From: Dimargaris cristalligena
Taxonomy: Eukaryota
Direction of reading: 5' to 3'
Assembly (NCBI GenBank): GCA_003614675.1
Contig: ML002281.1
Coordinates: forward strand, 1 to 48,134
DNA: 48,134 nt
Part shown: piece by piece, positions 35,916 through 47,500 of the stretch
Numbering within the stretch: the stretch's first letter is position 1
How the letters are laid out: the number at the start of each line of letters is the position of its first letter
Translations under genes and position numbers: made by a program
The notes under the pieces: generated by a model
Database searches by the model: none
What the model was told of the DNA's origin: nothing
What the model saw: the letters and a program-made list of their open reading frames with translations, nothing else

Positions 35916-37596
35916 ATGACCGTCGCCAAGGTAAATTCCACTCGGTTCGGACCAGCCCCTCTGCCCATCCGAACTGCATGCAAGGGCAGTCGTGGGGTCT
36001 ATGGCCACTGATGACCCTTGAATACGAACATCGCGTCTCCTCAACAAGTTATAATACCGCCTGCCGGCCTATTCCATCTTGCCATTCTGAACCTTATAGA
36101 ACCCCGAAATTGCCAATGCTTATGAAGATGTCCGAGATGGTAAGTCGAGTAGAAAAACCGTGATTGAGAATACCCGAGAGTCAAATACAGGGGCAAAGGC
36201 CTGCTACCTGGGCAGATATTCCCGGCAGTAGCCTGATGTTACTCAGCCGTGCTACCGTTGATCTCCTGATTGAAATATTTCCCAATATTAATTTTACCCA
36301 TCGGGACTTGGGCCCGTGTATCTCTGAATACATAATATTATTGATCGGTCACAGACAAGACTGCAACCAACTGGCTCCTGCTGGAGTATGAATCGGACAA
36401 AAAGGACGACCTGAAACTTTCCAAGACCGGTAAGTCCCTTTCGCAGTAGCTAGTTATAGGACTCTGGTATTCTGCTGAAATATATATCTACCAGTATGGC
36501 CACCACTGCATGGAGTTAACGTGCATATCTTGTTCACCTGTATACCGTTCATTACCCAACAATCGCAACCCCAAACATAGGGGAGGGCGGTCTACAGGAA
36601 TTTGTCAAAGAATTGAAGCCCGACCAAGCTGCTTTTGGTTACATTAGGTAAGTACCCCCCATGTGGTATATCTGAATTGAAAGGTTACCCCTTTGGTTTT
36701 TGGTTACTAAGTTCTCAAATGTGACTACTCTATATTCCAAGGTAGACCACAGGGGAAACCCATTCACTAATCGGAGATTATTACCATTATCTCGTTCCTA
36801 TCCATGTAATATCCACCCAACTACCCATATCCATATAAATAGAGTCCCAATTTCGAATGACGAACTATCTCAACGTACCAAGTTTGTCTTAGTGTGCTGG
36901 TGCGGCCCTAAAGTCAAAGTCATGCGAAAGGCCAAGCTGGGTGTAAGTGGTGATTATATATATATATGTGTGTATTTGTCTCCGTGAATCTGGGCGGTTC
37001 CTTCAAAGATATATGAGATGCATTACTTTTTTAGGCACGGAACTTAAACTCGTTTTCTCTACTCTGCTTATGTTGCTTGGATCTACCGGGTATTTAGATT
37101 CACAAAACGGAGGTCAAGAATGTTATTCGCACTTTCTCGATTGAATTGATGGGATCGGACATTCACGATTTTGACGAAAAAGAGGTGGTACTTCGCCTCA
37201 AGAAGGCCGGAGGTGAGTTGTTCTATTTAATATGGACTATAACATCCAAATATATACATACATTTACCACGGACATAACCATTGGTACGGGCCCATGGAA
37301 TTGCAGTGCAGATATATATTATGACTAACTGGCCATTGTATTGATCATGCTGACTCCCATCTATCGCGAACCCCGCAATCCAGGCGCTAACTACGATAGG
37401 TCAGTGGAATATTCAAATACTAGCTATAGCAAATGCAAATTTCTAGTTCGCAACCTGTTTGACTAGTATCCATCTTTGGTTTGTATCCATGTACATTGAG
37501 ACATCTGCACCACTAAGCCACTCATCCAGACTAGCACCTTCTCTATTATTTTTATTATTTGCATTCCTGTTTCTTAGACAATCGAGTAACTACTAA
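35916..37596 (+). CDS. Coactosin-like ADF-H actin-binding protein; exons 35916-35930, 36100-36139, 36355-36429, 36581-36647, 36843-36942, 37098-37212, 37384-37399, 37578-37596; 148 aa
   Basis: All seven GT..AG introns are phase-consistent. Spliced protein: MTVAKNPEIANAYEDVRDDKTATNWLLLEY..GEGGLQEF..AFGYIRVPISNDELSQRTKFVLVCWCGPKVKVMRKAKLGIHKTEVKNVI..LKKAGGANYDRQSSNY, which is the coactosin signature. Confidence 0.9.
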
Positions 37597-37894
37597 CTTT
37601 ACCAAAGAACCCCTATAGCCGAATACCGATGGCCCAGTCGACGACTCGTATCGACTCTAATGGCCCCACCCCACTCGCCCCAGTCGGCTGAAAACACTAT
37701 TTAATCTTAGACGACGAGAAACCAACCCCAGGATCACGGATAACAATAAAAGTGCATAAGAGCAGCTGTCAAGTGCCTATATGATTACAATTTACAGATA
37801 ACTCATTATATTGTTTTTTCAATACATCATCGAATAATGACAAAAATAAGCCGGAGATACACAATAATGGACACGGGGGTTGGCAGATAACGGG

Positions 37895-39172
37895 TTAATC
37901 ACTATCATCCGATGAACTCGATGACACATCGTCGCCGGACTTGTACGAATCGCCCGCTCGTTCAAGCTTTGCCCGCACTAGGTGGACATTGGACGGATAT
38001 TTGTGAAGGGCATAATATAATATTCAGAGGGTTAGTCATTACATTCAAGGTAAGTTGATATGATAAGTCTAGAGTATATTAAACGGAGAAACCCCTCACT
38101 GAACACGCACTGCCCCTAGCCATATACGATAAATTGAGGAACCTACATTGTTTTTCCTGCTTGGTTTCGAACGCAAGGAGGGTGCCATCGTCATCCTCGT
38201 CACGGTAGCCGTAATAATCGGCGTCAATCTTCTTGGAAAGTTCAAACCGAGACTTCTGAGGCAATTGGGGGACTGGTAATGGCAAAGTAGAAAATGTGAT
38301 GTTTATGGGGAGTGGTTAATGTGTAGTTCACGCCCGGCGGGTTGACAGACAAAAGTGGGACAATATGCATCGAAAAATATATATTTATATTTATATACCC
38401 ACCTTCTTGCTCCAAGAGTTCGCGCACGCCTGGAAGATCCTTGGCCCGGCCGAAATATCTAATAGTCCAAGAATAGGACAAAAGGTTGGCAGGTTATAAG
38501 TGGATTAGATAGGTGGTTTGGCTGAAAGGATCCTTGACTGGTCTTCGACAAGCGACTTGTTCATGGGGAATATATATAGTAATGATCATGGGAGTATATA
38601 ATCATGAAGTCACCTACTTGTAGCCACGGTCACCGGGGATTTCTTTGCCATGGTGATCAAGCATCTTGGGTCCAATTTTCTAAGTATACGGGGAGAGTAG
38701 AAGGCAATGGGTGATGTGGTTAATATAATCGATTGGGGCGCGGTTTAGTTCACGGTATGGTGCATTATTAGGACTCGATTAGATAGCACAATAATAATGA
38801 ATATGAAGAGGCGAGTAAATGGTAAGATGCGTTGGCCTTAAAAAAGCTGTAGTTGGGGCATACCTTATAGTCCGGACCACCTAGTTCCAGGATATGGTCT
38901 TCCCAGTGCCGTTTTTCCCGCAATGATTTATTGATGTCGTCGTTGAGGTCGCGGATTTGGTATTCAGACAGACTCACGTCCTGGATTTTGGCTACTTTCC
39001 GAGCCACTTCCCGAATAACCTGCTGGCGCCATTTCTCCGCCTCGGGTACATTGTCCACTTCAGAGGCCACATAGGGACGCTTATCTTTCGTCGGCCGGAG
39101 ACCAAGTTGTTCGGCTTGGGCCTCCCGGAACCGGTAGAGCATAGATTGGGCCTTTTCCTGATTACGGGCCAT
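37895..39172 (-). CDS. ISY1: Pre-mRNA splicing factor Isy1 (NTC); exons 39172-38864, 38679-38618, 38458-38403, 38272-38147, 37977-37895; 211 aa
   Basis: MARNQEKAQSMLYRF, AEKWRQQVIREV, QIRDLNDDINK, ELGGPDY, RGYKYFGRAKDLPGVREL and DADYYGYRDEDD. All four introns are phase-consistent. Confidence 0.93.
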
Positions 39173-39184
39173 GGTTACGCGCGA

Positions 39185-39185
<1 letters not shown>

Positions 39186-39215
<30 letters not shown>
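39186..39215. repeat. (TG)15 microsatellite, read as (CA)15 in the ISY1 5' leader
   Basis: Directly visible; ends 13 nt upstream of the ISY1 ATG. Confidence 0.95.
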
Positions 39216-39219
<4 letters not shown>

Positions 39220-40148
39220 GGCGTGGATGTGGATGTGTAGGTGGGCGGGATGTACAACGGCCGATGGTGGGGCAATGACTTCCGAATGAAGGAATTAGAA
39301 GAATGAATTGGGCGGGCAGGCGAGTAAGGGCTGGACCAATGAACTGGGTGAGGCGAGTGGGATGGACTGAGCCTATAAGGGGATGAAGACGAAATGGGCT
39401 AATAAAAAACTAAAATATCTTTATATAAAGTACTCAACCCCGAAAAGTAAAATGGGAATTGGCAGTGATGCAGGTTGGTGTCTCTGTTGGTCTCATATAG
39501 GAGAAGTGAAGCTGTGGATATGATGATAGTGTGGCAAATTTTCCCCTCCCTCCCCAGGTTTATATCATCATTGGGGGTTAAAAATAGGACAATCCACGAC
39601 CTCTTTTAGGCACAATATCGAATTAAGGAATACCTTACATAAGCGGCTCCCAAGTCAAGTCTATTGCGAGTGTATTTATTTATCAAGTTTGACAGTCGCA
39701 CATCGACATGAAAAGCATCATTCCAAATACCAAAAGAATAAGTCAAGAAACTATTTAAATGGCCAGAAACAGGTCAAACTATCGGACGAAATGGCATTTC
39801 TTATGTGGTGGACACGGACGGATAGTATAGTAATAAAAATAATAAGTAGAGCCAAGTTGATCATGAAATGAAGGATGATGTTTTTAACGAAACAAAACAC
39901 GATTCCTAGGGTAAAAAGAGTGTACAAGCATACTGACTGCTTTTCAGGCTGGGCCGATATGTAAATAATAAGTGAAAAAAAAAGAGGAAGAAGGGATTTC
40001 GGACTTGATGACAAGACCGAGTTGCAATTGAATAAGAGTAGTGGCATCAAGGGCGTTTTCCCGGTCACTGGAACTACATGAGAAAAACATGGTGTCCACA
40101 ACGAAGCCTTGTTGAACAGACATACACATACATCTATGTATGTCCAGA

Positions 40149-41999
40149 CTAGAGACCCCGGAAGGTACGGGTGTTCTTGGAGGCGGCCTGGATCAAACCG
40201 ATGAAGGGAGGCGACGGGTACAGGGGGCGGGTCAGGTATTCAGGGTGGTACTGGACCCCGACGAAATAGGGGTGGGTGGGGTCGTTGAGCTCCATGATTT
40301 CCATGCGTTCGCCGGTTTCATCGCGACCCACGAAGAGCATACCCTTGGCCTCGACTCGGTCGACGATTTCGGGGTTGACTTCGTAACGGTGGCGATGACG
40401 CTCATGCACCTGGTCGACGGCATTGCCGCCGTAGAGGGCGCGAATTTTGGAGTGGGCCAGCTTGCCTTCCACGAACAGGGTAGGGCGGTCGCCCAACCGC
40501 ATGGTGCCCCCGAGGTGGGTCTTGGAGATCTCGGGCATGTATACTACGGCGGCGATGGGGGCGTTTTCGACGAACTCGGCCGAGTCGGCTCCGTCCATAC
40601 CGCACACATTACGCGCAAATTCGACCACGGCCAACTGCATGCCCAGGCAAATACCCAGGTAGGGAATTTTGTTCTCGCGGGCCCACTTGGCGGCGGCGAT
40701 CTTGCCTTCCTTGCCACGGGTACCGAAGCCCCCGGGAACCAGGATACCGCTGGCGATGCAGACGGACTGCCAGGACTGGTGGTATTTGATGGGGTCCTTG
40801 TGCTCCATCTCGGGTTCCAAATCCGTGGCCTCGACCCACTTAATCTGGATCTGGTGGTTACAGGCCAGCGAAGCGTGCTCGAGGGCCTTGACCACCGAGC
40901 AGTACGAGTCCTGCAGGTTGGTGTACTTGCCGACAATCGCGATGGTGACGGTATCAACGGGCTTCTCCTGGCGGCGGGTAAGCTCCTTCCAGTCGTGCCA
41001 GATGCGGCCGCCAAAGGTCAAACGGTGGGGCGAGACCGGGATAGTGTTGAGTTTCAGGCGACGCTGGAGGACGTCCAACAGGCCCTGGCTCTCCAACAGA
41101 ATGGGTACGTGGTAGATGGATTTGCAGTCATGTACGGCCAAGACCTGTTCCGGGGGCACGTGGCAGAACATGGAGATCTTGCTCTGGATATCGGCCTCGA
41201 GGGGCTTGGAACTACGGCAGGCGATGATGTCGGGGTTGAGACCCAGACCCCGCAGGTCCCGGACGCTGCTCTGGGTGGGCTTGGTCTTTTGTTCGCCCAC
41301 GGAGCCCACGACGGGAATGAGGGAGACGTGAATCAGACAGAAGTTGTCGTGGCCCACCCGGAACTGGAACTGGCGCATGGCCTCCACGAAAGGGGCGGAC
41401 TCGATATCGCCAACGGTACCGCCCAGCTCGATGATGCACACATCGGGGGCGCGGTCCTGCTCGGCGCGCATCTCCTCCTCCAACCCAGTGAGACTTTCTT
41501 CGCTGGAGGAAGAAATGCGGGCGCCGGCCAACAAACGGTCAGCGAGTTCCTCGGGGCCGGCCTTGAAAAAGGCGGGGTTGGTGCGGCGGGACTCGACCAC
41601 GGGGATTTTAGCGACCCGTTCGACCCAGTCCTGGATGGCGTCGGTGATGTGGGGGACCACCTGCACGGTCTTGCCCAAATAATCACCCTTGCGCTCCTTT
41701 TCAATCACATTGCGATAGACCTTACCGGTGGTGATGTTGTTATCGCGGGTCAGCGTTACGTCGAGGAAACGCTCGTAGTTGCCCAGGTCCAGGTCCACCT
41801 CGCCACCGTCCTTCAGCACAAACACCTCTCCGTGGTCCAGGGGACTGAGGGTACCGGCGTCGATATTCAGGTAAGGGTCGATTTTAATGGCGGTAACGTT
41901 CAGACCCAGAGACTTGAGGAGGACACCGGTCGACGACGCAATAATGCCCTTGCCAATGCCGGAGATCACCCCGCCGGTAACTAGAATGTACTTGACCAT
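40149..41999 (-). CDS. URA7: CTP synthase, 616 aa, intronless
   Basis: [57 protein letters not shown] and KTKPTQ. GATase triad GICLG(C)..QYHPE. Start taken at the ATG at 41999 (context ACCACCATGG). Confidence 0.97.
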   Translation of the reverse strand: MVKYILVTGGVISGIGKGIIASSTGVLLKSLGLNVTAIKIDPYLNIDAGTLSPLDHGEVFVLKDGGEVDLDLGNYERFLDVTLTRDNNITTGKVYRNVIEKERKGDYLGKTVQVVPHITDAIQDWVERVAKIPVVESRRTNPAFFKAGPEELADRLLAGARISSSSEESLTGLEEEMRAEQDRAPDVCIIELGGTVGDIESAPFVEAMRQFQFRVGHDNFCLIHVSLIPVVGSVGEQKTKPTQSSVRDLRGLGLNPDIIACRSSKPLEADIQSKISMFCHVPPEQVLAVHDCKSIYHVPILLESQGLLDVLQRRLKLNTIPVSPHRLTFGGRIWHDWKELTRRQEKPVDTVTIAIVGKYTNLQDSYCSVVKALEHASLACNHQIQIKWVEATDLEPEMEHKDPIKYHQSWQSVCIASGILVPGGFGTRGKEGKIAAAKWARENKIPYLGICLGMQLAVVEFARNVCGMDGADSAEFVENAPIAAVVYMPEISKTHLGGTMRLGDRPTLFVEGKLAHSKIRALYGGNAVDQVHERHRHRYEVNPEIVDRVEAKGMLFVGRDETGERMEIMELNDPTHPYFVGVQYHPEYLTRPLYPSPPFIGLIQAASKNTRTFRGL

Positions 42000-42885
42000 G
42001 GTGGTAGAATAGCTGGGGGAAGAAGGGCCAGTTGTAGTAGCAAAGGGAATGGAGGAGGGTCGTTGAAGCAGCAGGACTAGTGGTATTGCAAAGGGCCCTT
42101 TATCAGTCAAAAATGATAAAACGGGAAGTAACCGCAGATTGCCGGCAGCTCCTGTTATTATAGGGGAAATGTGTGCGGTGGTGTGCTTTGCAAAAAAATG
42201 CCTTCCCCATTCGTCCGATCCCCTCTCTCTTCTCGGCTTTTTTTTCAATCTCTTCCTTCACTTGTACAACCTGGTCTGGCTGTGTCTGTACTGTATGTAC
42301 ACTCCCAAGTTCCCCCATTCTTGCTTTTACAACACCTGGCCGGCCATTTATCACCCTGCACTTCTCTACCATTACGAAGTCGTCAATGAAAAGGGTGTGT
42401 TGCCTCTGGTAAAAAAAAAGTTGTTTTGGCAGCTGCTCCTCGGCTTAAAAGCGACTATTAGTATTATGTTCACGTGATTTTACGATTCGCAGTCTTTTAG
42501 TATATCACTGCTGGTCTACTACTCGCCGGAATTGATGAAGCGCCCACATGGCTGCTGCTACCAATCGGCGGGTCCCTTCCTCTCTACACACACACACATT
42601 CACTACATTCTGCCACTCCTGCCTCATAGTTAGCACCAGCCATCACAACTACCAACCAACCCTTTTGAAACCACACCCATCTAATTCGGTCCTCTTGCTA
42701 AAAACCCAGCATGCATTAAAACCCCAATATGTCAAAATGGATAGAAAAATAATATATATTTAATATAATAATAAATATTTTTGGCTTCACAAAGGAAGTC
42801 CGATGCAAAGCCAACACCGGTAACGGCCCCGTATTGTAATTTGAGGCCCAATGCCAACATCGTCCCACATTCAACCACGGTACCC

Positions 42886-44022
42886 TTAGGCCCAGACACC
42901 CACGAGTCCCATGGCAACGGCCCCGAAATAAAGCGAAACAATGTACAGGAATTTCATGCGACTGGGGAGTCCCATAAAACTGGGCTCGGAGAATTCCTGG
43001 GCGATTAAGTTCACCAGGGCCGTGTAAATCAGCATGCCCGATGAAATGGCATTCAATACACCCTGGATAATAAGCGTATGCGCCGACCGGGCCCGGTACA
43101 CCGACCGGATCCCCATGCCGAACACCGCTCCCAGTGGGGTAGTGCTGGCCACCAAAACGGCATTGAGGAGGGGCACCCAGACCGACTTGTACGGCAATTC
43201 CGCAATACGGGAGCCCAGCGCGATTCCTTCGAAGAACTGGTGGAACGCCAGCGCGGCCCAAAGGGATACAAACTCGGTGCCTTCGGCTGTCCCGAGGGCC
43301 AGACCTACGAAGATCGAGTGAAGTGCAATACCGAACTCCAGCATGTAGGTGCTGATGCGCCGCGCCGGGTCGACCCCATTCTCCAGCAGTGACCCCCCGT
43401 GGACGTGACCATGGGAGACATGCAGCTCCACCCGCTCATGCGAAGAGGCCGCCTCCAAACTCAATCCCCGACTCGTTGCTACCAGGGAGTCCCGGCCACC
43501 GCCCTTTTCCGTATGGGTTTTTTCATTGAGGGACGCGGCGGCGTTGGTCGGAGATACCGGGCGCGGGTGACTTTTCATCGTATGCATCGTGGCCAAAAAC
43601 TCGATTAAATGGAACAGCAGGGAGGCCACCAAGACCAGGACGCCCGCTAGCTGGGGATACGACCGGATGGAAATAGGCAGACAGGGATCGGTCAAGTTAA
43701 AAAGGGCATCAGGGAGCAGGTGAATAAACCCCGTGGCCAGCACGACCCCCGTACCAAAATGTTTCCCGATTTCCAGGGCCACCGGCGGGATGCGGAGCTT
43801 CGGGTACCGAACCCCTAACACCGGCAAGACTGCCCCCGCCGCACTGATGATGAGGACTGTCAGAATGGCCACAATGTGCATGGGCACGCTGTATTCGCCG
43901 CTGGATTCGACGGCGTTGCAGTCCGGCGGACTTGATGAATCCTCAGCACCTTCTACCCGGCTAACGGTAAGAGCGAGCGCTAGGCCCACCACAAGGGTCC
44001 GGCGACTGAATGAATCGGACAT
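42886..44022 (-). CDS. ZRT1: ZIP-family (Zrt/Irt) zinc/iron transporter, 378 aa
   Basis: N-terminal hydrophobic leader, KHFGTGVVLATGFIHLLPDA, His loop HVSHGHVHGG, and metal-site helices LEFGIALHSIFVG and FHQFFEGIALG. Paralog identity (Zrt1 vs Zrt2) cannot be resolved. Confidence 0.93.
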   Translation of the reverse strand: MSDSFSRRTLVVGLALALTVSRVEGAEDSSSPPDCNAVESSGEYSVPMHIVAILTVLIISAAGAVLPVLGVRYPKLRIPPVALEIGKHFGTGVVLATGFIHLLPDALFNLTDPCLPISIRSYPQLAGVLVLVASLLFHLIEFLATMHTMKSHPRPVSPTNAAASLNEKTHTEKGGGRDSLVATSRGLSLEAASSHERVELHVSHGHVHGGSLLENGVDPARRISTYMLEFGIALHSIFVGLALGTAEGTEFVSLWAALAFHQFFEGIALGSRIAELPYKSVWVPLLNAVLVASTTPLGAVFGMGIRSVYRARSAHTLIIQGVLNAISSGMLIYTALVNLIAQEFSEPSFMGLPSRMKFLYIVSLYFGAVAMGLVGVWA

Positions 44023-44222
44023 GGCTGGTAAATGCACAAAAATTACAGCAAGTGGGGAAGGACGTGAAACACTTTGGAGAAATAGGGAAATCTATCGGAA
44101 AATCCTAGGGCATCAGGTCAATGGAACGTTTCGAAGAAATAGTTCTGACGGGAAATCAATAATACAGGTGAGAGTATAAAATTCAAGGCTACTAGGTTCA
44201 CTACGGTATTCGTGAAGAAAAG

Positions 44223-44255
44223 CTACTACTACTACTACTAATAATAATAATAATA
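44223..44255. repeat. Compound microsatellite (CTA)6(ATA)5 in the ZRT1 leader
   Basis: Directly visible. Confidence 0.85.
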
Positions 44256-44320
44256 AAAATAAAAATAAGAGGAAAACGCTGAGGTGTAATTATCAGATGG
44301 CAGCAGGCGGGAAGGGCAGG

Positions 44321-44510
44321 TATTTATATAAAATATGTCTATGATTGTCCTTAGCGCTGTAGCTACAGTCCAAGTGGTGAGAAGGTCCGAAGTGCCGCAA
44401 TTAATGTCAATAAACTGAGCCTGGTATCAAACTGGCCAGATTTGGGTGTGGCCCGGAAGCAGGCCTTGTCGACTATCCCGACGGACATTGCTTCGGCTCA
44501 TTGACGTCAA
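44321..44510 (-). promoter_or_regulatory. Putative ZRT1 promoter: TATA box TATATAAATA (44330-44321) and CRE-like palindrome TTGACGTCAA (44501-44510)
   Basis: Motifs lie about 300 and 480 nt upstream of the ATG, in the correct orientation. Confidence 0.45.
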
Positions 44511-47500
44511 AACCCCCTTCAAAATAGGTAACCCTAAATTTGTGGCTTCAAAAAAACGCGTTGCTCGGCAAAACTAGGCGCCCCCATTCACTCGATATTT
44601 TTGTAGTTGCCTATTCCGGCAGTGCTCTAGTTTCTTTTACATGGTCCAGCCATAAACATATGGACAGCGGTGAGTGGAGGGGCAGTTCTGTGCCGGTTGG
44701 TACACTTGGCTCTTCCCTCCTCCTATGAAATATAAAGAGACGGGTTGGTTCATAGCTAGCCCAATAGTGGGTCGATTAGCGTACTACTAGCTATTGGGCT
44801 TTAATTGGCCCAAAAGGGGAGACTGTTGCACAGGAGTGGCTGCTTCGGCCAGGTTCGGAAGGGTAGGGGGGGAGGTTGGTGGGGTCCCCCTTATTCCATC
44901 CCGCCCTTTCTTCTTTACCATTTCCTTTTCCATTGCTTCTTCCCCCCATATCCATTAGCCTATGACAACACAGCCTGGTAGTTTAAGTGCGGTGTTCCTG
45001 CTCAGAAAAATGGTTGATATCACTATGGTTCTTTTATGTAAACCCGCCATCCTAGGTTTTGGAAGGCTCCTCCCCTCAAGAGCAGGTAGCCCACGTATTC
45101 TCCTGCTTTCTGGACCATTGCTTTTGACCCCATGCTGTTTGCCGCCAGGGTGGTATAACCTACCGGGATATTATGCGGTTAATGCTCAGGATACTGGTTC
45201 GGAGCTATTCCCCAAGTGGGATGTAGTGGATAGTTAAAGCGAATTATACCGGGCTCGCAGGCCAACGGTGGAATAGGCAGGTCTCCCGAAATGAGTTTCC
45301 TACTGGCGCTTTTCCCTTCTACAGTCCCGAAAACCCCACTTTGGCCATCCCTACCGTCGGATTCCCACTAATGGTGGTACATGGGTTAGTGGCATTTGTT
45401 GGGGCAGGGGTTAATGGAAAGGTCCCCCGATGACTGCTGGTATAGTCAACCCGTCCAGCATCGACTTCCCCGAGCCGATCCAAAACCTGTCAGTTTAATT
45501 ACTAATACAGTTATGAATATTTATTATCCGTGGTCTTTGGAACTTTGGATGCTGAATACGAAGTATTCAATATGAAAAGTGATCAATCCAGCTCTATGGA
45601 GAACAGTGTATTCGATGAGACATGTATGGTCGGTTAAAATAATTACCCCGTCTATGTTCATAAAGACATACTATTTAAAATTGGCTATTGTTGAGCTGGG
45701 GTTCACCCATGAGTTATAATATAGGTTTATCAGTAATTACTCTCTTTGGTCAACACGACGGGCGATATTTTGGATACGGGTAGTCCCTGGAATTTGGTGG
45801 TTGGGTGCATTTTCGTTTGGGTAAAGAGCTGAGACTGCGTCGCACACAGCTAATGGGTGAATTCCCAGCATCCGCCGGAATTTGAGGAGGCAGATGCGGT
45901 ACTATAGCCAAGCACTAACGCTGGTTCATAGTATTAATGAACTATCTATAAGGGCGAAATTCGGCACAACTGTGTAAGGGTTTTAAATGATATACGTATG
46001 GGAAAATAGGCGGGTGACCCATTTTAAAAGACTAGTTTTTGTCTCATCCAACCGATTCTTCGCTACACAGCCTAGTAGGATTTTTCCCATATACATTTCT
46101 TCCATAATCAGTTATTTGTGAACGTTGCGTTTGAATCAAAGATTGGGGGTGGTTAGATCAGATAAATAGAGGTTCCGTGCGGCGAGACTCGCGCCGCTTA
46201 AACCTGAAAAAAATGTACTACTCACTACACTGCTTTATTGGGGCCAACACCTACATCCGTCGAAGAACAAGTGGCTCTATTGTAGTGTGCGAAACTGCGT
46301 GAGGTGAAAATACACCTTATTGGTGAAGCATTGTTGCACTAGTAGACCTGTTCAACGGTATACTATAAGCCATAGGCCTTGCTGTAGAGCTACGCGCTAC
46401 TGGGAAATACCCACACCAGAATAAATTAGGCCGTAGACATCACGGTATATTATAATGATAATCTACACGTAAAGAATAGTTATCTGATAGTCATAACAGA
46501 AATAATGATCCAATGCCAGCCCCTCCACCCGGTCCATTGTCGCACCACGTCGGGAGAAATCGGCACGAGCGTGGTGTGCCTTGAAGATCAGATAACTTGC
46601 AGCCGCCCCCAACTGCCAATGGTAAAAGGCCATAGTGTTTCAAAACGAAAACGTTGTAGCACCCTAAATGAACCACACCACCACTCAAAAAAACCTTCCT
46701 AAAATGGGAGCTACAAGGGTGCATAGAGAGTATGAGGGTGGTGACTTCAAATCATAGCGAAAAAAAATATACCGCTATGCAGCCCCTTCTCTGATATTTG
46801 CAATTAAAATTTACGGTCTTCATCGGCCTTTCTTTTATTGAGCATACGTATATGTTAATTATACTGGTAAATAGAACCAGTGAGATCTAGAGTGCTACTT
46901 TCACCCAGTGCGAATGCCTTGTGAAAACCGAATATGGGCCAGGGTATATCTCAAGACTAGTGGTAGACCTACATAAAAATCGATTAGTGAGCGGCAGGAT
47001 ATATCAATTTGCTAACAAGGTGGTTTGGTAGTGTACAGGCGGGACTCTCTGCCAGGACTATATCCCAGTTGTTCTTCAGGTCCACAAAAGGCGTTATACG
47101 TAGGATAATGAAAGTGAAGGTTGATACAAAATTCGGTGTATTAACATTCTAGTTAATTGTGGGGCATATCAGTATGAGGTGGACTATACAAAGGGAATAT
47201 TATGGTCGTCATAAATCCGTTAAAACTCAGATGAAGTAGAGTTTTACTTAAAGTGAATCTAAGGCAGGCAACCTTTGTCATAATTTGCCATCTACAGGGA
47301 ACATATTAAAGGATAGATGGCTCAAACCGTTAAAACTCAAAAGGAAGTGGCATAGGAGAGATCCAACCAGACTGTATAATGGAAACCCTGTTAGAGGAAG
47401 CAAATACTATTGGTGATAAATGAATATCCCGCCTTTTATTACATACACAACATTTAAAACCCTTTTTCCTGAGGCCGAATCTCGCCTATATAGCCTATTC

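Noticed and set aside
40140..41984. 614-aa antisense ORF spanning CTP synthase
   Set aside because: Codon-register mirror of a GC3-rich gene; it ends where the sense CDS ends and has no domain features.
42000..42248. 83-codon in-frame extension upstream of the CTP synthase ATG (TTG start in the ORF track)
   Set aside because: Orthologs begin at MKY/MVKY, the ATG at 41999 has ideal context, and a TATAAT near 42162-42157 suggests the transcript starts inside the extension.
44758..44800. 10-bp inverted repeat AGCCCAATAG/CTATTGGGCT
   Set aside because: Too short for a MITE, with no target-site duplication or second copy; plausible by chance.
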